Shown: positions 39,292 to 54,545 of the stretch, in pieces | Layout: each line of letters begins with the position of its first letter | Position numbering within the stretch: position 1 is the stretch's first letter | Source of the DNA: Octopus bimaculoides | Lineage: Eukaryota | DNA length: 64,000 nucleotides | Direction: 5' to 3' | Assembly (NCBI RefSeq): GCF_001194135.2 | Contig: NC_068991.1 | Coordinates: forward strand, 37,088,468-37,152,467 | Translations under genes and position numbers: made by a program | Notes under the pieces: generated by a model | What the model saw: the letters and a program-made list of their open reading frames with translations, nothing else | Database searches by the model: none | Told to the model about the DNA's origin: nothing

Positions 39292-42200
39292 CTGTTTGTG
39301 AGGAATACCAAATATATATAGAGAGAAAATGAGTGAGTGTGTGAGTGTGTGTGTGTGTGTGCATGTAGGTGTATGTGTGTGCATGCGTGCACATGTGTGC
39401 TCTTTTGAATTTTATTACAATTCTTGGTTCAATCAGTCCCAAACAATGAATGCATTAAACCGACTGCAAGTCAAAAGTGAATGAATGAAATAAACAGTGG
39501 GATGAATGATTGCATAATGACTGGTGTGGGGTGGGGGAACAGGAACATAATACTTTTATTTAAATTAAGGAGCACTTTGCATCGAGTTTTGTTCTTATCA
39601 GTAGGTTTTTTCTGCCTAGTTTTAAAATTTAAAAGAAAAGCCATAACTGTTGTTTATCCCCAACATCAGCCCTATCCAATCAGACCATGATCCACTTTTT
39701 GTATATCTAGGGCAATATTATCTGTCCTTCCTTTTGCTGCAATTTCTAAGGGACTGAAAGATTGCAGAGAAGCTCCTTCATTGGTGACCCTTTCAGATTG
39801 AGGACATCTTTTTAAACAAACAAAAAAAAAATCTTATAACAGTTGCTGAGAACATTCAAACTTTATCAAAAGTATGTATTCTGATTATATAACAAGATAT
39901 CAATAATACAGTAATAGATTTCAAATAATATTTATATAATTGTTGCTTTCTCAACTATGTTGATAAATTTCTATTTTTATAATTTGTAATATTAAAAGCA
40001 CAGGATGCAGACTGACAATCAATAAACTAGCAAGCAACCAATCCTAGAGGTTAGCAGTTCATGTTCTATGATTAGCACAGAACTTGTTCAGGGTCAAAAT
40101 ATTAGGTTGTCGAGTATGAAATTTGTAGTAAGGTATATGGCAAACTTTGACAGCTGCTCATTTTGCGCCATTATTATATTTTGACAATCTTTATTTTTTG
40201 TTAGAAAGCTAACACATCTATTTCCTTATTTAACAATAGTGAAATCATATACATAGGTGTATGTGTGTGTGTGGTTGTAAAAGGGTAAAAACTCCCTTTG
40301 GTCATAACCATGGGAGTGCACTTAGAAAGTTACCCTTCCGAGGCACAAGTCTGTTGTTTGTGGAAGATCAGCAGTTGTACATGCATACCGGTCTCCCCTC
40401 TCCATGCCACTGATGTTATCCAAGGCAGAAGCAAAGGTCGATACAGCTTGGCACCAGTAACATCACAACTCATTTCTACTGCTGAGTGAACTGGAGCAAC
40501 GTGAAAATAAACTGTGTTTATAATGAATAGATATTAGTTCATTAATGCAAAAACGGGTGTGAAAATCAATCAAGACTTGAAGCATTCTAATGTTATTATA
40601 AAGCTTTTTAGAAACACCTTGTCAACACCCAACAAAGGTGTAGTCTGTCAGGAAAACTTTAGACCCAAGACATAAGAAATGGACAGAGCCCATTGACAGG
40701 TAACATAATGAGATTCTCATGCCAGACGTAGCTGACTGGTGTCAAGGGCAACAGCATTGCTTATCAAAGTTCTCAAGGACAAGACACAACTTAGGTAGGA
40801 TATAGGGGTGGGTAGAGATCTTCAGTATATCCTGGCTTTATAGAAACCGTATTGGTTGTCACTGAAAAAGGGGAGACAAAAAAAAGATGGCTGTTTATGA
40901 CAGTTTTCATCCTTGAGGTTCTGGAATGGAGAGTGATAGGTCAGTGATCAATAGGGTCAGAAAGGTAGACACAGTCACATATTTCCATGTATTGAAATAG
41001 ATCTCCCTAGAAAGACTAATGACATAACATTAGTCAGAACCAGGAATTACTTCAGACAGAAAACACTCACTGAGGCCTGAATGAAGACAATACCACGTAA
41101 ATGTCAAAAGAGTAAGTCGTCAAAGTAAGTATAGACAGTTGAAACACTTGAAGTGATTTACTGAATTTTATTTCCCAATCAAAAGCTTGAAAAAAAAACC
41201 CTGAAGGAAAATTAAAATTACAGACTTGTTTTCAAACTGTAAGATGAACTTAAGGAAATGAACCAGCTAATAGTCCACTAATTTATCAGATATGGCTAAA
41301 AGCCAAATTGGTATCACTCAAACAAGAAAAGCCCAGAACAAGGAAAGATTAAAAAAAAGTAAAATCTAAATCTGGTAAAAGATATGCTTCTCCAATATAA
41401 ATTATTAAGATCAGAGTAAAATCAATGGAAATAATGAGGAAGTCTTTACTATGTGAAAGCCAACTTTCATATAATTCTACTAACTACTTGGAGAAATTGA
41501 GAAATCCTATAATATACAGCAGGTTTCCACAACATTTGTGGGAGAAATAGTACTCTATTATGACTCAGTTATACAGTGATATTCCTTCCCAAAATAATTT
41601 ATATACTGTGATTGCATTTGATTATCTAAAATACCTTTTCTCTCTTTTTGCAGATCTTTCTCTACTAACAATACTAATACGCCTACTAATACAATTTTCA
41701 GAAATCTTGTAGATGGCAGACTATTAAGAGAAGAATACTGGCACAGAACATAGCAGAACATCCATGAGAGATAACCTACTGCAAACTACAGGCCAATTTC
41801 TCGGATGAGAAGGAAATCCAACCAGGAAATAACAATATGGTAGGGAAAAAGTGCAACTGATAACACTGGAAATATAAAATGTGTGGAAGCAATAGAAAAG
41901 AAATATCAGAGAATAAGATGTAAGGGGTTGATAGAATATTATATGAAAGGTTTACCAAACTAAGAAAAACAAAGATTAGAAGATACGACAATGGATGTCC
42001 TTGTAAGGACAATACAAAAAATACAGAAAGATTAGAATCACGTGACTGTGTAAGAATAAACCAAGATTCGGTCTTTTCCTATGCACTTTACATTCAGAAT
42101 GATATAACCAGAAAGTGATAATTAGACAGTAAAGTGGAAGTATTAATACGAAAGAATGGTGAAAAAGGAGAAGAGAAAGAAGCAAGGGGAGGCTATTATT

Positions 42201-45200
42201 CAATAGTAAAATTGTAGAAATAGTAAAATTTGAGGTCTTTCAGCATCAGCCAAAAATAAAACAAATAATTTAAATAGTGAAATAGACATAAAGATATTTT
42301 TAGTAAGTAAAGAAATTTTATATTTTGGACAGAAATGGAAGGCTATTGTTTAAGGTTTAATAAATCAGAGAGATGTTGAAAATATCTGATAAAGAAGTTT
42401 ACATGCTACTCACTGGTACAGACAGTCAGGTAGTATAAAGGGGTGGCATATATAGTCTTTGGCATGGTTTTCCCTTGGTAGGTAATGTGAATGAGAAAAA
42501 GATGTGATGTAAGTAGACAGGAGAAGTAGTTGTATAGGAAGTGGGGTGGAGAAGAACAGTAGGTATGCTTATAAGGCATGAGTTGAGAGAAAAGGATGGT
42601 AGGGACAGTCTCTCTGGTTTGATAGCAGGAAGTATGTTATTGTTTAGGGTTCACTCAGATATGTAAGTAGAGGAGATCTATGATATTCAGGTCACAATTT
42701 GTATTGGCTGAAATTCCCCTTGGGACTAATCAAGATTGCTATTTTATGGTTCACAAAAAAGATGTTTATATAAAACACCTGTTTGAATTGTTACACACTA
42801 TAGGTCAGCTAGGTCAAAGTCAGTGATGGTGTTAGTAGTTTTCTTTCAAGAAATTTTAAACTGGGTATTTTTTAAAAGGTTGGACTGAAAAGATTATGTT
42901 ACTATGACATATTTAGTGGAGTAGTGTAATGCTTCTATCATAGCTATTTATAATTGCATAAATGTAAACAAACCAATGGCTAAACATGACATTCACCTTC
43001 CTCCCTCTTCCACCACCATAAATAACCCAAATTCTTCTTTAAAACTAAGCTACTGGATTTCAATAGGGTTAGTTGTTTCTTGGAAACAGAAAATCTTTAA
43101 AATACTTTAAGATACTTTAACTCAGTAACTTCCTCCACCGGCTAATTATGCTACTCACTGTACCATACTTCTGTGTCTCTTTTGACATGTTCTTTTTTTA
43201 CAGCTGGATGCCCTTCCTAGCAGAGTGGGCCGAGTGCTTTTTATGCGGCACCAGCACAGGTGAGGTCAATTTTGGCATGGTTGCACTCAGTTGTAATAAG
43301 CAACTCTCCCATTAATACCAACTCTTCAAACCTTTCCCCTAATGATTCTTTACATTTACTCCAAGTATCTTCACAGATATCTATCATGATCTGCCTAAAT
43401 TTCTGCAATCAAAATACTCACATAGCTGATAGTGAATCCATATAAACATACTTGTTTATCAGTCTATACACATCTCTCTATACATATGCCTCTTTATATC
43501 TACATGCTATCCATTTGATCACTTGTGTGCATCATCATCACCATCATCTAACATCTGTTTTCCCTGCAGGCATGGGTTGAATGGTTTGACAGAAGCTGAC
43601 CAACTGAAGGGTTGTTCAGATTCCAATTGTCTGTTTTGGCATGGTTTCTATGCCAACCACCTAACAGAGTGTACTGGGTGCTTTTACACAACACTGGTAC
43701 AGATGTGTTTCACATAACAACAGCACTTATGAGCCCTCAAGATTAAGGATGCTCAGCAGGAGGGGGTTGCAAGGGACAAGCCTGTATGCAAGGACAACCA
43801 CGCTTTTACTTAGCTTGACATAAACGTATACTTGTATACAAGTGATGTACATATGTATGTTTCTGCATATATAAGTAGATATGTGTAGAGTAGATTGGTA
43901 GACAGACAGACAGACGTGTGTGTGTGCATGTGTGTGTGTTGATATGTTTCCTGTCAATATAAGGTTTCCCCTATAACTATTGCCTCCTCCCTTCATGATT
44001 CAAAATCTGATGGAATCTTGCTCATTTCCCCTGGCTCTGACCTTTTCACACTCCAACTACCAACACACATGGGTTGGACAAATTGTCCCTGTCCAAGTAA
44101 ACTCTTATTGAGAGCCGCTATTTCTATAGACCGAGGCTCACATGTCATTTGTGTGGTTTCTATGGCAAGATGCCCTTTATATCACCAACCACTTTACTGA
44201 ATGTGTTTTTTCATGGCACTATGACTAGAAAGGTTGAATAAAGGGACTTCATAACACTCTGCTCATTTGAAAACCACTTTACAAGGTGGTACTCGATGCA
44301 TTTTGTGGTACCAGTAGTACAGAGGTCGTCTCACTTACCCGGAACACAGAGGGAGTGCTAGCTGTTGGCTTTCCATTGTGGAAACAGTACAAGAGGTGAT
44401 GCCATGCCACAGGAGAGTATTTAGAGAGCTAAGATGTGTAGACCAGGGAGAGGAAATGGGGGGAGGCAGGAAACAGAACAATGTTGGCAGTGAGATCAGA
44501 ACTAGGTGAAGGGGACAAGTAGGTGCCAAGAGGACTTGATAAGTTAGGGCATATGCATTTGCTCACATGATCACAGATCAGATTAGAAGTGAGAGCAATG
44601 ATGTCAAAAGGATTTGAATGTTAGGATGGAAGAAAAGAGCAGTAATATGAATGTAAAAGTAATCATATCCATTATTTATATTTCAATATCAATTGACATT
44701 CCTTCCCCAAAAGATTTTATATGGAAAGGGATAAAAGTAAAAATGAATACAAAAATGATGAGATAAGGAAGTGAAAAACTTAGAAAAACTGCAGCAGGTC
44801 TTCAATTATAAATGCTTAAATGTTGAAAGATTGATATTAGGTTGGTTTACTTTAGCATTATTCAACAAATTAACTAACAGAATTAGTCAGGAAAGTATTA
44901 TCTCTAACGACAGATTCAGGAAAAGAACATTTCTAATTATCACAAAAATATAGATGACTAATGAGAGGAAACTATGAAAGATTCAATTTGGTGAATCCAG
45001 TAATGAGTCATAATACAACTAATAGAGAATAAAGTAAAGTTAAATCAAATATAAATTAGGTTTTATACACAAATAGTGGCAGTCAGAAAAATTGATGAGT
45101 GCCTTGTGTTTTTTTTTTTTTTTGAGAGAGATTTGTTATAGGAGAGCAATAGAATGGTAGATGAAGGCTTTGAGAAGAGGTAGCATGGGACTAAAATGCT

Positions 45201-46670
45201 AAAAGAAATGTGAAGCTGTATATCTCTCTTAATCCATAGCACAACTGAAACCTGGTGTAGAACCAATTGTGATCATTATATGTACGTCATTGTGTGAGTT
45301 TGCACATGTATATATGTGGATGTGTTCATACAAGCTTGTATGTGTGCATGCGTGTGCGAATGAATGCAAACGTGTCAGTGCGCATATAACCAACAATATA
45401 TCAGCATCACTTTAACTGGATGAATGAGTGATATACTAACCAGCCAACGTGTGGGGTTTCATACGCATACATACATTACATAAACACATACTTATGTACA
45501 ATGCTTGTTTGCATACATGTGTGTTTGAATGACTGAATGTATACATGCATATTATGTGTATTGTATATTGTCTGTATATGTACATATATGTTTGTATGGT
45601 TATATAAATGTGCGAGTGTGTGTTTGAATGTGCAGTTGTATGTTAAAACCCCCAAGAGATCATAGCCTAATCAATAAATGTAAGTAAAACTGGAACTAAC
45701 AGTAATCAATAGAGTCAATGATTAGATATATTAACTAGTCTTGTTAAAGAGTAAGATTAACAACAACAAAAAGTAAATAAATATTATCATTACATCACAT
45801 CCACAATAAAGCTATTTTGATAACAATTTAGAGATAGCAAAGCAAAATTAATGGGAATCCAATTAGAGATTGCTATAATAAATAATGGAATGACCGTTTA
45901 GTTCTACTGCATATCAGTCTACATGAATGAATGAAAGAATGAAAGAATGAAGGAATGTAAGTGTGTGCATGGTAACTGACTGGCAGATAAGGTTTGCATG
46001 CGGTGGATATTCAATGAAAATATACACCACACATGGGTGTATATAATTCATCTTATTCATTTACTGGCTTCAGTCATTATAGCAAGACCATGCTGGGGCA
46101 CCACCATGAAGTGTATACTTGATTTATACAAACTCTAAGGTTTCATCCACAAGAAGAAGCAGAAATTTGGAGACTACTGAGCGTAATGAACATAATGTAG
46201 GTGGTATTTAGAGTGAACAGATATTTTAGGGAGGAAGGAATGCAGCCAGAGGGTAGTGAGGGATCTTGATGGTGAGACAGGTGCCTGTGCTAGTGATATG
46301 TAAAATGCACCCAGTACACTCAGGAGTGGTTGGCATTAGGAAGGGCTCCAACCAAAGAAACCAAGCTAAAATAGACTGGAGCCTGGTGCTGCTCTCTATT
46401 CAAACCTTCTAACCCATGCTAGCATGGCAAACAGACATTAAATGATGATGATGATGTCTGTTAATGATACAATGCTAAATAAGAATCTTGATGCTATTGG
46501 AATTAGTAGAAAGGCAAATGAAACACTTTGTAGTATCCAGTTATAGCACTTTATGTTTGAGTTGAAATCTCTCTAAGGTCAACTTTTCGTCCTTCCAAGG
46601 TCAATAAATTCCTCACAATGTAAAGCCACCACCCCATCTCAAATACTGCCACCCACCCCCTCCAATTAGT

Positions 46671-47036
46671 ATCTTTTAACTTTTACTTGTTTTAGACAGT
46701 GGCCATGCTGGGACACCACCACAAAGAATGTTTAGTCAAATGAATTGACCCTGGTATTTACATTTTGTTAAGCATAGTATTTATTCTTTCAGTCTCTTTT
46801 GCCAGCCAGCTAAGTTACAGGGCCATAAACATAACACCAGTTGTCAAACAGCACTGGGGGACAAACACAGACACACACACAAATATATATGCAATGGGCT
46901 TCTTTCAGTTTCTATCTACCAAATCCAATTGCAAGGCTTTTGCAAGCCTGAGGCTATAGTAGAAGACACTTGCACAAAGTGAAACAATGGGACTGTGGTT
47001 GAGAAGTAAGCAACTTACCATACAGCCATGCTTGCA
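46671..47036 (-). mobile_element. tRNA-derived SINE, second family
   Basis: Homologous to 18195-18606. Confidence 0.75.
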
Positions 47037-47065
47037 CCTCATAGTGGAAGCTTTTCCCTTTTTCC

Positions 47066-47099
<34 letters not shown>

Positions 47100-47804
47100 C
47101 CACTTTGCAAGTTACTTGGCGACTTCACTAATGCCAGTGGCAGAAAAAAAAAAGGCATCCAGTACACATTATAAAGTAGATGGCAATAGGAAGAGCTGAC
47201 ACTGGAGTTTGGTGCAGTCTTGTGGCTCACCAGATCCTATCAAACTATCCAACCCATGCTAGCTTGGAAAATGGACGTTGAATAATGTTTACTACACTTT
47301 AAAAAATATTTTCTTTAAGCATTTTTTTTTTTTGAGATTTCTTATAAGAATAAAAATTTCACCTTTTCTTGTCTAGTTCTTGATTGCTTTAAACTTCTTA
47401 ACTTCCCTTAATCTATTCAGTTAACAGTATTTCATCCTCTTCCTTTATCTTCCTAGCCCTCCTTCTAATGACATTACTTTGTTAGCTTTCTATACTATAC
47501 AATGATGATGATGTTTGGGGATAGTAGCTAGGTAAAGCATATAGTATGTGGTCTGAATGGAGTGAGATACAGAAGTGGTGACACAGGCAAATTTGATCAT
47601 AGGTCTATTCAATCAGGCCAAACCTAACTGACTAGACCTATTCAATCAATCACCATCTATTAAGAAGTTTTCAGAAGCCCTTTGTCTATAGTATCCTTTC
47701 TTTTCTTTCTCTTTTTATATTTCAGAAAGTAGAGTGGGATGGAGGTGATATACTATAGGTAAGATACTCTTTCTTTATATATTTTATTATGTTCATTTAC
47801 TTTG

Positions 47805-48148
47805 CTTAGTCAATGATCTTCGGATGTTGAGTCTCACAAAGGCAATGACAAGTGGTCGAGACCTCTAGAGAATTGCTTGTCAAGCTAAGTGAAATCGTGG
47901 TTGTAGCCAGTGCCAGCGACACATTAAAGACATCCGTGCCAGTAACATAGCAAAGCACCTTTGCTGGTGACATGTAAAAAACACCCAGTACACTCTGTGG
48001 AGTGGCTGATATTAGGAAGGGCATCCAGCTGAAGAAACCAAGCCAAAATAGACTGGAGCCTGGTGTGGTTCTCCGGTTCACCAGCTCCAGTCAAGCCATC
48101 TAATTCATGCCAGCATGGAAAGCTGATGTATGATGATGATGATGATGA
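47805..48148 (+). mobile_element. 5'-truncated RTE fragment (end of ORF + 3' tail)
   Basis: gatcttcggatgttgagtctcacaaaggcaatgac matches the ORF end of the 49023 copy. Ends in (GAT)n. Confidence 0.75.
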
Positions 48149-48913
48149 GTAAGGAAGGCAGTGCCCATGACTCTTTACAGGGTTTCTGAAATAGGTGAGT
48201 GAGAAACAGAGAAGTATCCTTAAACTAGAGACCTGACCCAAATGCTTGCAACAGTGTTGGCCTCATTGAGGACACCCAAGGTGCCAGGTGGTGGTAATGA
48301 ATCAAGCAATGGGTAAAGCGTACAAACCAAGTAGACCACAGTGAAATTTGATCCCAGGACTCAGAGAGCTCCAATAAATACCTCAAGGCATTTCATTCAA
48401 CATTCTAACAATCTTGTCAGTCCACTACCCAGTTATGGTACTTTATTCACCAATTCCCAAAAGGATGGAAAGTAAAGCTGACCTTGGCAGAACTGAACAC
48501 AGGATGCAATAAGTCAGGATAAACACTATGATTTCATCTGATGCTACCAACTGCCAATTCATTGCCTCAATCAATTCAGGTGTAACAAAGCAGCAGAAGA
48601 GGTTGCAGTTCACCAGGTAAAGAAGCAGATAATATTGTAGAAGAGACAGAAGAATGATACAGTTCAACGATGGACCACCAACAGGGGGAAACTGCTTGTA
48701 TAATGAGACACACAGGCTCTTTGGTGCATGTGATATTTGTATGTGGTAGGTACACTGTCCAAGATATGTGGAAACCACTCTAATATACACAGCAGTAAAT
48801 ACATTTAGTTCTGAAATATTTTTAAAAAAGAACACAAACCATTGTCATGAACTATGTGGAACAACCTAGCATTTGAAGAAAATACTTTTTTTAGCTTCTA
48901 ATTAATTCTAGAT

Positions 48914-50196
48914 CAATGGTTCTCAACCAGAGTCCACAAAATATTTTAACAATTCCCAACAATATTTAATCATAAAAATATAAGGGAAATTTTTCAAAAA
49001 TTAAATGGCTATGGGGGTCCATTATCATCATCATCATTTAACATCGGTTTTCTATACTGGCATGGGTTGCATGGTTTGACTGGGGTCTGGGAAGCCAGAA
49101 GGCTGCACCAGGCCCCAATCTGATCTGGCAGTGTTTCTACAACTGGATGCCCTTCCTAATGCCAATCACTCTGAGAGTGTAGTGGGTGCTTTTTACGTGC
49201 CACCAGCATAGGGGCCAGAGGAGCTGGCATCAACCATGATCGGATGGTGCTTTTTATGTGCCACCAGCACAGAAGCCAGTCAAAGCGGCACTGACATCAG
49301 ATGGTTCGGGTGGTGCTTTTTACGTGCACCAGCATGGGGCTCACAACTACAATTTCCATTTGATTTGATTTTGATATTGATGTTGATGTACTTGACTCAA
49401 TAGGTCTCCTCAAGCACAACAGGTCGCCCTACGATCCAAGGTACTTTTGAGTTGACTGGTTGTGCAACACTGGTCTAGGTTACAGCCGTGGACTCACTTT
49501 ATTTGCCAGGTCTTCTCAGTCACAGCATACCTCCAGAGGTCTCGGTCTTTTATCATTGCCTCTGTGAGGCCCAACATTCGAAGGTCATGCTTCACCACCT
49601 CATCCCAAGTCTTCCTGGGTCTCCCTCTATCCCGGATTCCTTCCATTGTTTGAGAGTGGCACTTCTTCACACAGCTCTCCTCGTCCATCCGCAGTACATG
49701 ACCATACCAACGCAAATGTCTCTCTTGCATGCCACATACGATGCTTCTTATGTCTAACATTTCTCTCAGGGTGCTTACACTCTGTCATGTGTGCACACTG
49801 ACATTACACATCCAGCGGATCATGCTAGCTTCATTTCTTTTGAGCCTACGCATGTCTTCAGCAGTCATAGCCCATGTTTCACTGCTGTGATGCATGGCAA
49901 TTTGCACACATGCATCATACAATCTACCTTTCACACTGAGCAAGCGGCCCTTTGTCACCAGTAGGGGTAGAAGCTTTCTGAACTTTACCCAGGCTATTCT
50001 TATTCTTGTGGTAACACTCTCTGAGCATCCACCCCCTCAACAGACTTGGTCACCTAGGTAGTGGAAGCAATCAACTACTTCTAGTTTCTTCCCCTGGCAT
50101 GTGATGGAGTATTTTCTTAGCATCTGTGGTTTATTGCCAGTAGTATAAAATAAAATTCAAAGGGATCCATAGGGAGAAAATGGTTGAGAACAACTG
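48914..50196. mobile_element. hAT (Charlie-like) MITE split by an RTE insertion
   Basis: TIRs caatggttctcaacc / ggttgagaacaactg. The 8-bp flanks ttctagat and gtataaat match at 5 of 8 positions. Confidence 0.55.
49023..50110 (-). mobile_element. 5'-truncated RTE-clade LINE (RT C-terminus + 3' UTR)
   Basis: LEVVDCFHYLGDQV ... RLRWYGHVLRM-like (HLRWYGHVLRMDEE) ... GRPRKTWDEVVKHDL. (GAT)n tail at about 49023-49037. Confidence 0.9.
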
Positions 50197-53100
50197 GTAT
50201 AAATCTATATATCTGGGTTTTGATACTGTTGAATGAACAGGTTATCTTGCAATGTACAGAATGTTTTTTAAGACCTTTACTTAGTGAGGAAATATAGATT
50301 TCAGAGAAAATGGTGATGGTGTATGTGACTATGAAAGTGCCCACTGTACGATTAGCTGAAAAGAGAATAAACAATGTTCATAGATTTTTCAGCCTCCACT
50401 ACTAACATGGGACAGAGACAATAAGATGAGGTTAACATAATTAATGATTAATTTCTACACCTGAAGTTCAGTTGTTGAAGAGGAAAATAATATTTCCAGA
50501 GTTCTAGAATGATATAGTTGATAGTAAAGATATAACTGAAGCAACAGGAAAATTATCCAAGAAGATTTGGGTATAAAAGACTATTCTACACTAGTGTAGG
50601 ACAGACTGTGTTTTATATAGAGTGGCTTACACTACACACTATAACCTCAGTATATGACAAATGTTTAGTATGTAGGTGCTATATATTGCACCTGAAAGTA
50701 CTTAAATGAACTTGGAATTATACCTCAGAATCTGCTATGTGTGTGGAATATATGAATTACCATGCTATGCACCATACATTAATGTGTAGCTTTATGTTGA
50801 GCACTCCAAACCATATTTCAATGTACAGCTGAGTGTGCAGTGTATAAATGTCCATGCTACACACCATACTTCAGTACAACTTAGTCTGGAGGTGAGGAAG
50901 ATGATTTAAACAATTTCCTTAATGATTTTAATTCTTAAAACAGCACTGAAAACAATTTTGCCATACAGTATATATAAAGGGCAAATCAGCCAAATAGAGT
51001 GCACACTTCTGAGTTATACCCATGGATAGGAGAGTTGACAAAATGAGCTAATGAAACATTCAATTATATAATGCTCCTACTAATATAGAAGAGCATAGGC
51101 AGTTAGGTGGACAAAGCCAAACAAACCTAAGTGATTAAGTGCCTTGGACATGAACACAGCACAGTGTTGACCTGGATATAAACTGTTATCTTTTCAGACA
51201 GTTCACTAATACTACAACAATCAAACCAATTACATATACTGATACACACATGTACATATATATATGAGGTAAATTGAATTGTTGTGGTGAAGAGATGTTT
51301 AGAAAGATTAACAAAACCTTTTCTGTCCTCATGCCATGGCCAGAGAGCATGACTTCTAGTATGGCATACCTAAATGCATAGGGACTTTGTGAATGGTAAC
51401 AAACCCTAAAACTATAACCAAAAGAGAAGCTGAACCATAGTCTGTCATACTGATTTGCTCATCTGAACTTTCATTGTGTATTGATAAAGAAGTTTGTCGA
51501 TCATATAAATACTGATATCTATCAAAACCTCATATTCATTTAGGGCAACAGAAGATAAATAGCCTATTTTATATTTTTCTTAAGTGTTATAGCAACAAAT
51601 TAAGTGAAATACCTCTAACTGAGATTGGGAACTGAGTCTCAATTGGTGCTAGTTAGTTATAGTAGGTATATTTTTTTGATATACAAATATCAATTTCTTA
51701 AACTGAAAGTTACAAACCTACAGATAAAAAGAATGAGATAGTGTGATATTCGTGCTGTTTGCAACCAAATAATAACTGGGAGATATCATTCAATAAAAAC
51801 CCAGAGTTGAAGCAAACACTACTTATTTGACTATTAATAATATGACCAAGAACACCCTACAGGGGTACTTTCTGTATTCTGGCAACAAATACAGAAGGGT
51901 GTTGCATAAAGATGAAACCTGCTTTTCAACCAGGTGATTTGGGGTTCAGTCCCACAGTGCAGCAACTAGGGAAAATGTCTTCAAAGGCAGCTAAAGCTTT
52001 GCAGGTGGATTTAGTAGAAGGAAATTGTAAAAAGCACATCGTAGATGTATACATGTTTCTATTCTATATTTTTGAGATGAGAAATTATGTACTTTATTTA
52101 TAATGGCCGGATAGGTGTCCTCATCTTATTTGTTGTTATCACAACATGTTCGCTGATGTACCCCACAGCCTTCATCAGGTGTTCAGGTGGAATTTTGAAT
52201 CCAACCTTTTATTTGACTAATGGGATACACTGTTCTCATTCCTAAGCTATATTGCTGATGTTATTTTTCTGTTGATATTATTTTTCAAGTCCCTGCCTGG
52301 GATTGAACTTAGAATCAGAGGGTTAATAGCTGAAACATTGTGATAACAACAAACAAGATGAGGACACCTATCTGTCCATCGTAAATAACGTGTGTTTGTT
52401 TAAATCTGCACTTCTGCAAAAATCACTGAGCTTAGTATGATATAGCTGTCTGTCATTTCCCCTATCAACAAGAAAGCATCCAACAGCAAAACAAAGGCCC
52501 AATAATGTCCTTTTCTAACCCATGCTGGCATGAAAAAAAAAACAAATAAACAAATATATTTAGTTGAACAACATGAGTCAACTGAAATTCTCTAAGCAAT
52601 AAGTAGACAAAGACTACTTGTAGAGGTATTTAAAATCTAAACACAAGGGAGATAACCTCAATAAAATCAGCTGATTAAGATTTCTGAACATTATGGACAA
52701 TAAAGTTAGAGTGGATTTAGTAACTGACATATTTCAGTCTCATTAGACCTCTTCAGTAAAGCATATTCCACTCATTTGTTTATATTAACATTATGGCTGA
52801 GGGGAAATATAGTCAGTTGAATAACTGATCAACTGAGATTATTCAAGCAATTACTAGACAAAAACTCTCTTTAATGTTGTTAAAAGTTCAAAGTTAATTA
52901 GCATTTTGCAATTTTATTCAAACTAATTACAATTAGGGCATTGTAAAACAGAGTTAAGTTTTCAGTTAAAAGTTACTGCAAGTAAAAATGTAAACTTTGT
53001 CAACCAACTATTATTTTATTAATGCTATAGTTTAAAACAACAGAAATATAATGAAGCCACACGAGTACTCCTGTATGGAAACTCTCAGTCTTTCTGTACA

Positions 53101-53224
53101 TGCAAGTTACTCAGGTCATTCTAATGGAGTAGTTATCTAATGATTATTAACACTTCTCACTTGTACTGTCTTCATATTCTAGCATGAACCAAATTTTAAA
53201 TTTTTCAATTTTATCCCTACTGGT

Positions 53225-53630
53225 GGAGACGTGGATGTGTGGTAAAAAGTTTGCTTCCCAATCACATGCTTCTGAGTTCAGTCCCACTGCATGGCATCAT
53301 GGGCAAGTGTCTTCTACTATAGCCTCGGCCTTGTGAGTGGATTTGATAAACAGAAACTGAAAGAAGCCCATCGTGTATGTGTATATATATAAATAATAGT
53401 GTGTATGTGTGTGTCTTTATGTATGTGTTTGTCCCCCACCACTGTTTGACAACTAGGGTTGGTATGTTTATGTCCCTGTAACTTAGTGGGTTGGCAAAAG
53501 GAATCAATAGAATAAGTACAAAGCTTTACAAAAAATAAGTACTGGGTCGTTAAGTTCAACTGAAAATTCTTCAAGGCTGTGCCCCAGCATGGCCACACTC
53601 TAATGATTGAAACAGGTAAAAGATAAAAGA
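53225..53630 (+). mobile_element. tRNA-derived SINE, second family
   Basis: Head gtggatgtgtggtaaaaagtttgcttcccaatcacatg...gagttcagtcccactgc and the gggcaagtgtcttc segment. Confidence 0.8.
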
Positions 53631-54104
53631 CAAGGCTTGACTGACTTAATTGCTGAACAGACTCAGAGGAGGGATTTAACAAAATTTACTGTTAGGAAAA
53701 TGGCACAAGAAAATCATGTCATCAGGAACATGTCCCAATACCTCATTTCACCATTTCGTCCTACATCTTCTTTAGTCTTTCTCTTCTGAATGTTCTTTCC
53801 ACTTGGATTGACACTTCTTTAACCAACTCTTATCAATACTGACATATGATACGTGTCAGTATCAATACAGATTTTTCTCTAACACTTTGCGGCTAATTCT
53901 TTTATATATACATTTATTTTTGCACATCACCTCTGATCTATCGTTCATGCATGCTAACATTATACACATCCAACAGAGTGTGTTCACTTCATTTCTTTCC
54001 AGCTTTAGAATATATTCTGTATTCAGTGCTCAAGTTACACTATCAAATTTCATTCATGTCATACAATCTGCCCTTCATTCAGAGAAAGAAATTGTTTGTT
54101 GCAG

Positions 54105-54545
54105 TCATGGGTAATATTGTTTCTGACTTCATGCGATTTAAGTACAAGATCAGCAATTTTGAGGGGAGGGAGTTAATCGATACCATCACCGCAGTACTTT
54201 AGTAAACTGACCCCAGAAGGATAAAAGGCAAAGCCAATTTTAGTGGGGTTTGAATTCACAATGTAAAATGCCAGAAGAAATGCTACGAAGCAATTTGTTT
54301 GACACTAATGATTCTGTCAATTCATTGCTTGGTAATATTACTAATGAATATAAGCTGACAGAATCGTTAGCACATCAGGCAAAATACTTAACAACATTTC
54401 TGTCTTTACGTTCTGAGTTCAAATGCTGCCGAGGTCGACTTATCCTTTCAGGGTCAATAAAATAAATGCCAGTTATGCACAGAGGTTGATGTAATCAGCT
54501 TAACCTCTCCCCCAAAATTCTTGGCCTTGTGCCAAAACTTGAAAC
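54105..54545. mobile_element. Head-to-head inverted pair of first-family SINEs
   Basis: Minus copy at about 54105-54330 and plus copy at about 54350-54545. Confidence 0.75.

Noticed and set aside
40650-42250. Possible decayed Penelope or LINE fragments
   Set aside because: Only vague motif resemblance; cannot be supported without a search.
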